Positions 55,273-63,834 of a stretch of 64,000 nt of DNA are shown here, in pieces. The DNA lies in contig CAZFGG010000002.1 in assembly GCA_964518425.1 (NCBI GenBank), forward strand, positions 8,453 through 72,452, in the 5' to 3' direction. The DNA comes from an uncultured Gammaproteobacteria bacterium. Its GTDB lineage: Bacteria > Patescibacteriota > Patescibacteriia > SBBC01 > CAIJZX01. The translations under genes were made by a program, and so were the position numbers. Positions within the stretch are counted from its first letter, which is position 1; each line of letters starts with the position of its first letter. The notes under the pieces are model-generated. The model saw only the letters and a list, made by a program, of their open reading frames with translations, did no database searches and was not told where the DNA came from.

Positions 55273-56601
55273 CTATTGTTTCGCCGTCGTGGTTTCGACC
55301 GGATCGAGGTAGGTGTTTTCATAGTTCTTCTGGCGAGCGATGGCCTGCCAGGAGAACTCGTCGTTGCCACCGGCCGGGTCGATGACCGTGAAGCCGGTAG
55401 CGTCGCGTTCGATGTACCACTCGCCATGCTGGCCGTAGATCGTCACGTTGACTGCCAGCGGATACTTCCCGTTAACGGTCACAGTCGCCATGAACTTCGG
55501 CGAGAGGTCGACGCGACACCGTCCGTTGACGAGGCGAGCCGATGGCTCGTCGTCCATGAACAGCGCGTGTCCCGATTCGGTCGCGTTCAACTTCACTTGA
55601 CCGAAGTCGGTGTTGACGACACGGCACTTGGTGCCAGCGACCGTTAGGTTGCCAGCAATGCTGACATTTCCAGTCGGGAAGAAGATGTTCCCACCGTCGG
55701 CCGACGCTCCGAAGATCTGCCGGTTGTCCCCCCAAAGATAGATTCCGAGAGCGTTGTTGTAGTTGTAGTGGTACTCGATCGAGGCCGTGTAGTTAGGCAT
55801 GTCGGTGTAATGCCTGAATCGAAGCTGCGCTGGATTCACCACCAATGAACCATCTGACCCGTTATCGGCATAAATATCGCCGATTACATGCAACTTTGAA
55901 CTTGGTGTGGTCGTGCCGATGCCGACGTTGCCGTTGTTGCGGTTGATCGCCAGGCGAATGTCGGTTTCGTCGCCAATTCCGTACATCCCTGCCGGCGGGT
56001 ACGTCCCTGTCGCTCCGTTAGCAAAGGCCATCGCCCCGCCTTCCGGACCAGAGTTGCGCAGCACTAGCAGGTTGGCCGATCCAGATGAGATGCTCTTCTG
56101 GACCAGCAACGGGGATTCCAGGCTACTCGTTCCAATGCTCACCCGACCATCCGTCCGCCACACGTTTATCCCATCCGTCGACCAGAGGTTGTCTCCGACC
56201 GAAGCGGCATTGAGAGCAAAGTTGGCGGTATCCGCGTGCTGGGACCGGAAAGCGTAGCCCGTGGTCGTCAGGGGCAAACGTGGATTCAGCACGTTCCCAT
56301 CAACCGTGACTTCGAGCCAGCGGGGGCTGGTGCCGAAGACGATGGTCGGAATGGGCGTGACATTGCCAAGCGTCGCAGTGAAGATGCCGCCCTGGACGTC
56401 GAGCGAGGAGCTCTCGGTCCAGAGGGCAGAACCGGCACTGGCGGCATCGTAGATCGAGAAGATCGCCGGATGAGAGCCGGTCATCGGGCTACCCGCGTTG
56501 AGCAGACGGCCCTGAACGTTCATCTGGCTGGGTACAGCTGCCATGACCGCCGAAGCGATCAGGAGGCTGAGGAACGTGAACAACATCATGAACTTTTTCA
56601 T
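55273..56601 (-). CDS. Secreted protein with tail-fiber-like repeat region (NGNVGIGTTTPSSKLHV motif)
   Basis: Signal peptide. The motif NVGIGTTTPSSKLHV is characteristic of phage tail-fiber / endosialidase-chaperone-type domains in bacterial surface proteins. Confidence 0.4.
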   Translation of the reverse strand: MKKFMMLFTFLSLLIASAVMAAVPSQMNVQGRLLNAGSPMTGSHPAIFSIYDAASAGSALWTESSSLDVQGGIFTATLGNVTPIPTIVFGTSPRWLEVTVDGNVLNPRLPLTTTGYAFRSQHADTANFALNAASVGDNLWSTDGINVWRTDGRVSIGTSSLESPLLVQKSISSGSANLLVLRNSGPEGGAMAFANGATGTYPPAGMYGIGDETDIRLAINRNNGNVGIGTTTPSSKLHVIGDIYADNGSDGSLVVNPAQLRFRHYTDMPNYTASIEYHYNYNNALGIYLWGDNRQIFGASADGGNIFFPTGNVSIAGNLTVAGTKCRVVNTDFGQVKLNATESGHALFMDDEPSARLVNGRCRVDLSPKFMATVTVNGKYPLAVNVTIYGQHGEWYIERDATGFTVIDPAGGNDEFSWQAIARQKNYENTYLDPVETTTAKQ

Positions 56602-56656
56602 GGCGCTCTCCTTGTCTGTAAGATCCGTCGGCGGTTGCCTCAGGATGACCTGTCGG

Positions 56657-57178
56657 TCACTTCAGCATGACGGTTTTGGCTGTCCGTTGATAGGAACCAG
56701 CGCTGAACTTCGTGAAGTAGACACCCGTCTTGACGTACTGCCCGTTGTCATCTCGTCCATCCCAGGTCACCGTGAAGGTGCCGGGGGACTGCGATTCGTG
56801 AATCAGCGTTCGAACCAACCCACCCTGCACGTTGAAGATGCCGAGAAAGACTGGCACTGGTCCGCGCGGGATGGCGTAGGTAATCGATGTCCGCGTCGAG
56901 AAGGGGTTTGGGGTGTTCTGTCGGAGCGCGAACTGTGTCGGGATCGCATCCTTGACGCTTGTCGTGATCGACGAGACTTGCCACCAGAACCCGAGATCAC
57001 CCTTGGTCGTTCCGCCGAGGATCGGACCGACGACTGGCTGGCTGAGGGTCAGGTCCATTTGGATGGAGCCGCTGGACATTGTGCCGCCGGGAGTACCGAT
57101 GACAACCTTGTCCAAGGTGATTTGAGCTGAAGCAGATGACGGGACGATCAGAAGTAACAGCAAAAACAGGTACCGCAT
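56657..57178 (-). CDS. Small secreted protein with T9SS-type C-terminal sorting domain (Por_Secre_tail / FlgD-Ig-like)
   Basis: Signal peptide. C-terminal about 80 aa: QNTPNPFSTRTSITYAIP...GGLVRTLIHESQSPGTFTVTWDGRDDNGQYVKTGVYFTKFSAGSYQRTAKTVMLK, matching the CTD consensus (NPF.. IxY.lp ... G..V..L.... aG.h...wdg....G...sGvYfy.l.ag....tkKm.llk). Confidence 0.55.
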   Translation of the reverse strand: MRYLFLLLLLIVPSSASAQITLDKVVIGTPGGTMSSGSIQMDLTLSQPVVGPILGGTTKGDLGFWWQVSSITTSVKDAIPTQFALRQNTPNPFSTRTSITYAIPRGPVPVFLGIFNVQGGLVRTLIHESQSPGTFTVTWDGRDDNGQYVKTGVYFTKFSAGSYQRTAKTVMLK

Positions 57179-57264
57179 ACTGCACCTCCTTTTGACGGTT
57201 GACTACGTTGATATTCAGTTTTCAACGAGCCGTCCGTGAGCTACGTCAGACAAAAAACCATGTT

Positions 57265-57294
57265 CCAGGGTCTTTCCCTGGCACATTTTTTGCC
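57265..57294 (+). terminator. Terminator-like hairpin plus U-run in the divergent intergenic region (possible sRNA 3' end or bidirectional terminator)
   Basis: CCAGGG-UCUUU-CCCUGG then CACAUUUUUUGCC on the plus strand. No plus-strand gene lies upstream. Confidence 0.3.
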
Positions 57295-57341
57295 TTAGCC
57301 ACTAGGGCCAGACTAGCACACATAGCCTCCTTGTCAAGCGG

Positions 57342-57370
57342 TTGACCCTGTCCGCGGTAGCCAGTACAAT
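57342..57370 (+). promoter_or_regulatory. Sigma70-type promoter TTGACC-N17-TACAAT placed 6 nt before the dNK ATG (leaderless transcript implied)
   Basis: TTGACC at 57342-57347, 17-nt spacer, TACAAT at 57365-57370. The ATG at 57377 would coincide with the expected +1. Confidence 0.5.
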
Positions 57371-57376
57371 TCGATC

Positions 57377-58000
57377 ATGTTCATCGGCATCGTCGGCTGC
57401 ATTGGGGTGGGCAAATCAAATCTCACCGAGGCGCTAGCTAAACGTTTAGGCTATCGCGCCTTCTACGAACCGGTTAAAGAAAACCCATACTTGGACGACT
57501 TTTACGCCGACGGGAAACGCTGGTCCTTTGAGATGCAGATCTTCATGCTAACCCAACGGTTCAAGCAGCATCTCGAAATTCAAGAACTTCAAAAAAACGA
57601 CATCGGGGTTGTCCAAGACCAAATTATCTACGGCGACGTCATCTACGGCCAACTAACCCATGACTTCGGCTTGATGGACGATCGGGATTACAAGAACTAC
57701 CGGGCACACTTCGAAACGCTCCGCCCACTCCTCCGTTTACCCGACGTGGTCATCCACCTTGATACATCTGTTGATCAGGCCCTGGCGCGGATTCATCAAC
57801 GGGGCCGGTCAAGCGAAAAAAGTATCAGCCGGGAATATCTCCAGGCCCTGTCTGATCTGTTCACGGAATGGACGGACTCAGTCAAAGATAAAACAACCGT
57901 TCTGCGGCTGGACTGGAGTAGTTTCCAACCGGCGCACGAAGTCGTGAAGACCATCGAACAGAAACTGGAAATTCAGCTGCCGCTGCCAGTAGCTGCTTAA
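57377..58000 (+). CDS. Deoxynucleoside kinase (dAK/dGK/dCK family)
   Basis: MFIGIVGCIGVGKSNLTEALAKRLGYRAFYEPVKENPYLDDFY; ERS/DR motifs (dNK family). Confidence 0.85.
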   Translation: MFIGIVGCIGVGKSNLTEALAKRLGYRAFYEPVKENPYLDDFYADGKRWSFEMQIFMLTQRFKQHLEIQELQKNDIGVVQDQIIYGDVIYGQLTHDFGLMDDRDYKNYRAHFETLRPLLRLPDVVIHLDTSVDQALARIHQRGRSSEKSISREYLQALSDLFTEWTDSVKDKTTVLRLDWSSFQPAHEVVKTIEQKLEIQLPLPVAA

Positions 58001-59067
58001 CGGCCCAGGGCTTTTTTCAGAGCGTCGACCGTTGGAATTGGACCGGGCTTCACTCGACGCATCGCCGCTAGGTACCAACTGACGTAACCACCGAACGCTA
58101 GAAGGTCAACACTTTTTTCTAATGGTGTGGTTCCACGAGGAGTGACGATACTGACTGACGCTCCGAGGTCTTCCAGGATTTTTTTCGTGAGCGTCAAACG
58201 GCGAAGGTTGCGTGGGTGGTAGTTTGCGTCGCGAATCATAACGGCATGAATCTGCTTCGTCACCGCTCGATTACGCAATCCTTCAAGCAAATGGTGATTA
58301 AGGTCGGGTAATTGATACCAGGCCGCAAAGGTCTTGGCGTTTTCATGAATCTGATTGGTCCAGGCATGAAGATTGCCGGCGGTCCATTCCGCGCCGATGA
58401 GCAAAGGAATTTTCCCAGCCAGGTTCATGGTTAGGCGCTTAGCGAGATTCACCTCGGCCGGATGGTGCTGACCATAGCGCTTGACTGCGGCTTGGGCGGT
58501 TTTTGCTAAACCCTGAATACTTCCTGTGCTGAGATGAAGCAAGCCAGCGGCCCGCCAGATGGCCACGGTGGCCATAAGACCATAGCCTAAGCCTAGCCGG
58601 GGTTGCTGTGACGGATTGAAGAGCGGCTGGAAGTTGATCAGTGGAATATTCCGGCGGCGGGCCTGGCGGGCTAACGCTCCCCCACTCGTGACCACGGCGA
58701 TCAACGCACCACGATGTTTAGCTTCATCCAAGCACGCCAGCGTCTCTTCGGTATTGCCGGAGTAACTTGAACAGACGACCAGGGTCGTCCGGTTTACCCA
58801 GGCCGGGAGTTGGTAATCAGCCACGATCGTTACTGGTACGCGAAGTTGCGTTGAGAAAACGTTCCTCAGAATATCGGGAGCTAAATGTGATCCACCCATT
58901 CCACAAATAGCAACCGAGGTTATTTTCCCTGCTCGTCCAGGCCAACGAAAATTCTTCGCTTGAGCCCAACCATCGGCGAGCTGGTCTGGCAAGCGCTCTA
59001 AGCTCGCTCCGATATAACCGGGGTCACGCTTCAATAATGGCAGGCGGTCAAATTGTCGAATCGTCAT
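57997..59067 (-). CDS. Bifunctional phosphoglucose/phosphomannose isomerase (SIS domain, archaeal-type PGI/PMI)
   Basis: ICGMGGSHLAPDILRNV SIS motif; two SIS subdomains. About 356 aa. Confidence 0.7.
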   Translation of the reverse strand: MTIRQFDRLPLLKRDPGYIGASLERLPDQLADGWAQAKNFRWPGRAGKITSVAICGMGGSHLAPDILRNVFSTQLRVPVTIVADYQLPAWVNRTTLVVCSSYSGNTEETLACLDEAKHRGALIAVVTSGGALARQARRRNIPLINFQPLFNPSQQPRLGLGYGLMATVAIWRAAGLLHLSTGSIQGLAKTAQAAVKRYGQHHPAEVNLAKRLTMNLAGKIPLLIGAEWTAGNLHAWTNQIHENAKTFAAWYQLPDLNHHLLEGLRNRAVTKQIHAVMIRDANYHPRNLRRLTLTKKILEDLGASVSIVTPRGTTPLEKSVDLLAFGGYVSWYLAAMRRVKPGPIPTVDALKKALGR

Positions 59068-59795
59068 CGGGAACGGCTAGATTTTCGGGATGGGGACGCT
59101 CGGCGCTTCGCTGGAGCGAGATGATGGAGATGATAATACCGGAGCTGTTCAATAACTAATACCGCTAGGACCAGCAAAAGAGTCGGTGTAAAGAGCGTTT
59201 GCCAAGACCATCCAGCAAAGGCCTGATCTTCCCACCACCGCTGCGGGAGGCGCCATGAGTCCGACCAATTGGCAATGCTCGCCTGGCCATTATCAAGCGT
59301 CAGGCGGTAGCGGCCGGCTGGTGTCGAGGCGCTGTAGACGGCTAGGTAGTACGTTCCAGTCTGCTCAAGCCGGACGGGCGTATCAAGTGTCTGGCTATAG
59401 GTTACCTGGGTGAAGACATCAAATGTTTGGCGGAACGAGCTAGCTGGGTAGACCAAGGCCAAGGTGTGCGGAGGTTGATCCATCGGAAGCACCGGGCCGA
59501 TCGTTTGGCCATCTGGTTGATACAGAACGATGCGTGCGACAAAGTTTCGAGCCGCTTGAGGCTGACCAAGTTCAAGTCGGACGGTCACCGGCCGCGTCAC
59601 GTTCAATCGATAAAAATCAGCTTGCCCTTCGCTATTGAGCTGCCCGTACAGGATGGTTGGCGTGGCCGACAACGACAACGGTTGCGCCGATTGCCAGGTT
59701 TGTCCGGCCTGACTGACCGACGGCCAGAGCCCCACGGCTATAGCAAGGCTGACCAGGACAGATATTCTTGCGACGCGCATACGAGTAGTGTACAC
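59064..59795 (-). CDS. Secreted hypothetical protein with C-terminal TM anchor and basic tail
   Basis: Signal peptide, about 170-aa beta-rich domain, C-terminal TM (LLLVLAVLVI) plus KRRASPSRKSSRSR. Confidence 0.4.
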   Translation of the reverse strand: MYTTRMRVARISVLVSLAIAVGLWPSVSQAGQTWQSAQPLSLSATPTILYGQLNSEGQADFYRLNVTRPVTVRLELGQPQAARNFVARIVLYQPDGQTIGPVLPMDQPPHTLALVYPASSFRQTFDVFTQVTYSQTLDTPVRLEQTGTYYLAVYSASTPAGRYRLTLDNGQASIANWSDSWRLPQRWWEDQAFAGWSWQTLFTPTLLLVLAVLVIEQLRYYHLHHLAPAKRRASPSRKSSRSR

Positions 59796-59839
59796 AAGTC
59801 ATCCAACCGCGTCGAGCGAGCCGCCCAACGAAACGCAGT

Positions 59840-61333
59840 TTATCCCCGCTTGGATTGACGAGTAAGTTTTCTAAACTTAGTCGCCAGTGTTATCGGTAAC
59901 CCGGCCGAGGGCATCCGCCAACTCCAGTTTCCTCTCACTCGGCCCGGCCGGTTCAAACGAGCGGCTTTTCCTTGGCCCAGAATATCTTGGGCCGGAACCA
60001 TCGCGACCTTGGCCCGGCTATGGTAGGCCACGCTGATGATTTGCCAATGAATTGGCCCGGGCAAACGGCCGGTCCAGTCGCGGAAATGTTTTCGTTCATA
60101 CCATTTCGCTTGGTGCCACCAGGCAATAATCGTTTTGGTGTCATGCGTGGAGGTGAAATACAAGCAATTCGTGGGCACGTATTGAAGATGGTGCATGTTG
60201 TCAGGCAAGCCCGACCAGCCAAATTGGAGCAAGCGGATTCCCGGAAAGCCGTAGTGATGGCGGAGATACTCGGCGTCAGGTTCGGGATGACCGATGTCTT
60301 CGGCGACGATGCGTAATCGGGGGAGATGTCGCACCAGGGTGCGTAAGAGTTGATGCCCTGGCGTTTTGACCCAAGTGCCGCGTCGGCCATCAGGAGCGTT
60401 GGCGGGGATATGATACGTTTCGGCAAAACCCTGGAAATGATCAAGGCGGACAACGTCAACGCGCCGATTGAGTTGGCCTAATCGTTCCCGCCACCAGGAA
60501 AAATGTTCTCGACGATGAGTTGACCAGCGGTAGACCGGATTGCCCCAGCGTTGTCCTGTCCGACTGAAGTCATCAGCCGGCACACCCGACACAACACGTG
60601 GTCGGCCGCGACGATCGAGTTCGAAAAGTCGCGGTCGGCTCCAGACTTCAACGCTATCGTCTTGAACGTAGAATGGAAGATCACCGATGAGATCGATCCT
60701 CCGACGATGGGCGTAGTCATGCAATCGCTGCCATTGCTGGGTGAAAAGCCACTGCGCGTAGGCATGGATATCCATTTGGCGACGCAATCGCCAGTCGAGA
60801 TGCTGCCGTGCCCGAACCGGACTACGCCATTCCGACGGCCATGTCCACCAGGCTTGGTGACGACGGCGGTCTTTGAGCGCTTGGTAGAGCGTAAAGTCAG
60901 TCAACCAGTTGGCGTTGTCCTGACGGAATCGGACCAGGCTGCGGTGCTGATCGGCGAATCCATGCTGGTGAAAATATTTCCAGGAGCGGCGGATCATTTG
61001 CCATTTGACGCGGGCGGCTTGGCGATAGATGACCTTGGCAGTCATGGAACGAATAGGTCGTTCCTTCGGCGACAGGAGATGGGTACGGATAAGTTCGTGT
61101 TGACTAACGTACATCCAGTTTCCAGCCATGCTTGATGGCGAGGCATAGGGCGAACCATGGCTATCGGGCAAAGACAACGGCAAAATCTGCCAGTACCGTT
61201 GACCAGCCCGAACTAACCAATCAACGAAGGTATAGGCGGCTGGCCCCAGATCACCGATTGGCCCAGGACTCGGCAAGGCGCTGATCGGGAGGAGAACACC
61301 GGCCGCCCGCCGGGGTAAAACAGATCGCGGCAT
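59840..61333 (-). CDS. malQ: 4-alpha-glucanotransferase (amylomaltase, GH77)
   Basis: Likely start MPRSVLPRRAAGVLLPISALPSPGPIGDLGPAAYTFVDWL (the track ORF starts 28 codons upstream, overlapping the nuclease gene). GH77 motifs (GDLPFYV, RLDHFQGF). Confidence 0.85.
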   Translation of the reverse strand: MPRSVLPRRAAGVLLPISALPSPGPIGDLGPAAYTFVDWLVRAGQRYWQILPLSLPDSHGSPYASPSSMAGNWMYVSQHELIRTHLLSPKERPIRSMTAKVIYRQAARVKWQMIRRSWKYFHQHGFADQHRSLVRFRQDNANWLTDFTLYQALKDRRRHQAWWTWPSEWRSPVRARQHLDWRLRRQMDIHAYAQWLFTQQWQRLHDYAHRRRIDLIGDLPFYVQDDSVEVWSRPRLFELDRRGRPRVVSGVPADDFSRTGQRWGNPVYRWSTHRREHFSWWRERLGQLNRRVDVVRLDHFQGFAETYHIPANAPDGRRGTWVKTPGHQLLRTLVRHLPRLRIVAEDIGHPEPDAEYLRHHYGFPGIRLLQFGWSGLPDNMHHLQYVPTNCLYFTSTHDTKTIIAWWHQAKWYERKHFRDWTGRLPGPIHWQIISVAYHSRAKVAMVPAQDILGQGKAARLNRPGRVRGNWSWRMPSAGLPITLATKFRKLTRQSKRG

Positions 61334-61334
61334 G

Positions 61335-62093
61335 TTAGAATTTCTTGACCGTTTCAACGTATCGACAGAAGGGGCAATCTGGAGCCGGCACCGGCAAAGG
61401 ATGTTCCAGAATATCAATCGCCCGATCTACTGCCGGCCGGACCCGAGCCGGGTCAGTCGTCAGGGTTTTGACGGTAACCTCCATGGGAAAACCAGCGTGG
61501 AGTTCTTTTCCCTCCGCCGGATAGAAGTAAATCAGGTACCCTTGGCCGCTCGACGGTTTGCCATTGTGGTCGAGCAAAAAAGCGTAACTGTCGAGCTGAA
61601 ATTGGTAGGCTGGGATAAGCTCACGTTGTTTCGGATCGGACGAAGCAGTTTTATGATCAACCGGCGAGTATTTTCCATCAGGACCGATAAGGCATTCATC
61701 GAGTTTTCCTAAGAAACCATATTTTTCATTGATCGTCACAAAATATTTCTCTTGAAAGGGTGATTCAAGGTGGCCATGGATTTGGCCGGCTACTAAAGGC
61801 GGCAGATCCGGTGTTCCTCGATAGAGATCAAAATACCGTTTGATGACGCCATCAAACCGGTTGGCTAAACGCGAGACAATTCCTTCCGGTTGGTAGATTT
61901 TCAAATTGACTTGCAACCAAAAGCATCGCGGACAACGCTTCGAGGTCTCAATGGCGGTCGCCGACAGCCACGTTTTCTTTCCGGGGGCTTTTGGCAGCGG
62001 CTGAGGAGAGACAGTCTGACGACGTCGGGACGGTTTTTCAGGAGAACCAAAGAGTGTGCTCTGTTTTGGAGAACGAGTTCGCTTAGTAGCCAT
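61335..62093 (-). CDS. PD-(D/E)XK nuclease with Fe-S cysteines (Cas4/RecB-nuclease-domain-like), standalone
   Basis: Basic N-tail. CPRC near the N-terminus and CPFCRY at the C-terminus. RecB-family motifs GKLDE, VDHKT (D-x-K) and QLDSY (QxxxY). Confidence 0.55.
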   Translation of the reverse strand: MATKRTRSPKQSTLFGSPEKPSRRRQTVSPQPLPKAPGKKTWLSATAIETSKRCPRCFWLQVNLKIYQPEGIVSRLANRFDGVIKRYFDLYRGTPDLPPLVAGQIHGHLESPFQEKYFVTINEKYGFLGKLDECLIGPDGKYSPVDHKTASSDPKQRELIPAYQFQLDSYAFLLDHNGKPSSGQGYLIYFYPAEGKELHAGFPMEVTVKTLTTDPARVRPAVDRAIDILEHPLPVPAPDCPFCRYVETVKKF

Positions 62094-62140
62094 GCTCGTA
62101 GTTTAGCACACCGTGTCAGAGCCCCAAGACAGAGCCGGCC

Positions 62141-62485
62141 CTAGGCCCCATGATGGTCGATCTGGTCAAACGGAACGGTCGTTTTTAGGTTGGCGTTTGG
62201 TTCGTCAAAGACTGGCCGGTAGTACATCAGGTCAACATTGTGTTCACTCAGGACATCGTGAATACCATCGCGCAAGTGGCGTGGAACGGCAGTAATGTAT
62301 CCGCGAATCACGCAGTCTTCGTCGATCTCTGATTTCCCTAGTTTTCTGGCCTGATCTTCGGCCGCTGGGACAGTCCACTGACGGACGTACTTCTTGTACT
62401 GCTCTGGCGTGTCGGCCAAAAGCTGCTGGAACAACTCTTTCAATTCTGGCGGCCAGCGCATTGCCATATTAGCTGGCTGGTTCAA
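62141..62485 (-). CDS. Hypothetical protein, possibly PCP_red-like (BchB C-terminal-like) domain
   Basis: 114 aa. Weak resemblance of RWPPELKELFQQL...VRQ...ARKLG to the PF08369-type motif. Start overlaps the cyclophilin gene by 17 nt. Confidence 0.3.
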   Translation of the reverse strand: MNQPANMAMRWPPELKELFQQLLADTPEQYKKYVRQWTVPAAEDQARKLGKSEIDEDCVIRGYITAVPRHLRDGIHDVLSEHNVDLMYYRPVFDEPNANLKTTVPFDQIDHHGA

Positions 62486-63149
62486 TCGTCACTGTCTGCA
62501 TAGTATCACCTTGGACGATGGACTTCACAACATCGAGACCTTGGGTGACGTGACCAAAAATGGAATAGCTTTTGGCTAACTTTTGCGTATCGTCAGCGTT
62601 ACAGATGAAGAACTGTGAGCCATTGGTATTTGGGCCAGCATTCGCCATGGCCACCGTCCCTTCGGTGTACTCGCCGGTGACCGTTTCATCAGGAAATTGA
62701 TATCCTGGACCGCCCGATCCGGTCCCGGTCGGATCACCGCCTTGAATAACGAAGTCCGGCAGAACTCGATGCCACTTCAACCCATCGAAGTAGCCTTGCT
62801 CGGCAAGGTAGACAAAATTACTAACCGCTAACGGGGACTGGGCGTCGTCAAGGGTAAAGACAATTGTCCCTTTGTTCGTCACGATTCGGGCTTGTTTATT
62901 ATGAATTTTTTCGGCGGCGAGTTTGCCGGGGAAAGACAGTTTTGAGGTGTTGGTCACGACGGTAGAATTAGTGATTGAGGTATTCGTATGTGATGACGTA
63001 TTGGTGTTGCCGGAAACTGCTGAGGTCAGGGTATTGAGGTTGATCTTGGCCCCGGGTAATTTGTACCGCGTTGCGGCTAGGATGCCAGCCGTCACGACCA
63101 TGGCGGCCAGAACAATAACGGGAACAGGAGGGATTCGGCGAGAGCTCAT
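62469..63149 (-). CDS. ppiB: Cyclophilin-type peptidyl-prolyl cis-trans isomerase, membrane-anchored with Ser/Thr-rich linker
   Basis: N-terminal TM, S/T/N-rich linker, then GTIVFTLDDAQSPLAVSNFVYLAEQGYFDGLKWHRV...QGGDP...GTVAMANAGPNTNGSQFFI. Confidence 0.85.
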   Translation of the reverse strand: MSSRRIPPVPVIVLAAMVVTAGILAATRYKLPGAKINLNTLTSAVSGNTNTSSHTNTSITNSTVVTNTSKLSFPGKLAAEKIHNKQARIVTNKGTIVFTLDDAQSPLAVSNFVYLAEQGYFDGLKWHRVLPDFVIQGGDPTGTGSGGPGYQFPDETVTGEYTEGTVAMANAGPNTNGSQFFICNADDTQKLAKSYSIFGHVTQGLDVVKSIVQGDTMQTVTIEPAS

Positions 63150-63164
63150 CGAGACATTTCCTTA

Positions 63165-63761
63165 TTAATTAAGAGTGGTTGGGGTGGTGGGGATAGTTTG
63201 ATCGAAATGAAAGGAGGTGACAAGGGTCGTGAATGTTTGATCATCGAGGGTCGGCGACTGGGCGACAACATAATATGCACCACTTCGATTCTTCACCGCT
63301 AGCCAGACTTCATTGTGCGCTTCGGTCAGCCAGGCCGGAAGTTCGTTATCAGCTACGGTCGACGCCTGGTGGAACCATTGAGCTGTCTGGCCATCAATGG
63401 TTGAGGTAGTTTGTGATGGGGTGCTTGGCAGCGTTGAAGCTTCCGAGATAACAACGTGAACGGTTGAGGGGTCGTTCGAGTGGGCCGTCGGCGTGTAGAA
63501 GACAATAGCCTTTGGTCCACTGATATATTGGGCGGCCCAAGTATCGGGGGTGGTCAAGCGGAATGTTAAGCTCGGATCGCGATCCGGTAGATCGGCCGTC
63601 GAAAACGGAATAGTCCCGGTGGTGGTTGACTGATTCCGATTGGCATTGGAAAGATTAAGCTTCGTCGTGGGTGCGGTGGCTTTCGGTGGTCGCATAAACC
63701 AAGCGGCCATCGCCGCCAAACCGACAATCAGGACGAGCCAAACTATCTGACGTTTGATCAT
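63165..63761 (-). CDS. Secreted/anchored hypothetical protein
   Basis: 198 aa. N-terminal TM/signal (LVLIVGLAAMAAWF), T/S/P-rich linker, small domain. Confidence 0.4.
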   Translation of the reverse strand: MIKRQIVWLVLIVGLAAMAAWFMRPPKATAPTTKLNLSNANRNQSTTTGTIPFSTADLPDRDPSLTFRLTTPDTWAAQYISGPKAIVFYTPTAHSNDPSTVHVVISEASTLPSTPSQTTSTIDGQTAQWFHQASTVADNELPAWLTEAHNEVWLAVKNRSGAYYVVAQSPTLDDQTFTTLVTSFHFDQTIPTTPTTLN

Positions 63762-63834
63762 GCTTGTAGTATAGCGCCTTTTTGTTCCTTCAGCACGGGT
63801 GGCGTAACGCCTTGGAATTGACTATGATGAACAC

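Noticed and set aside
61335-61417. 83-nt overlap between malQ and the nuclease gene implied by the ORF track
   Set aside because: The malQ N-terminal extension (MIFWNILCRCRLQIAPSVDTLKRSRNSN) is unlike GH77 N-termini. An internal Met (MPRSVLP...) 2 nt after the nuclease stop gives a standard coupled arrangement.
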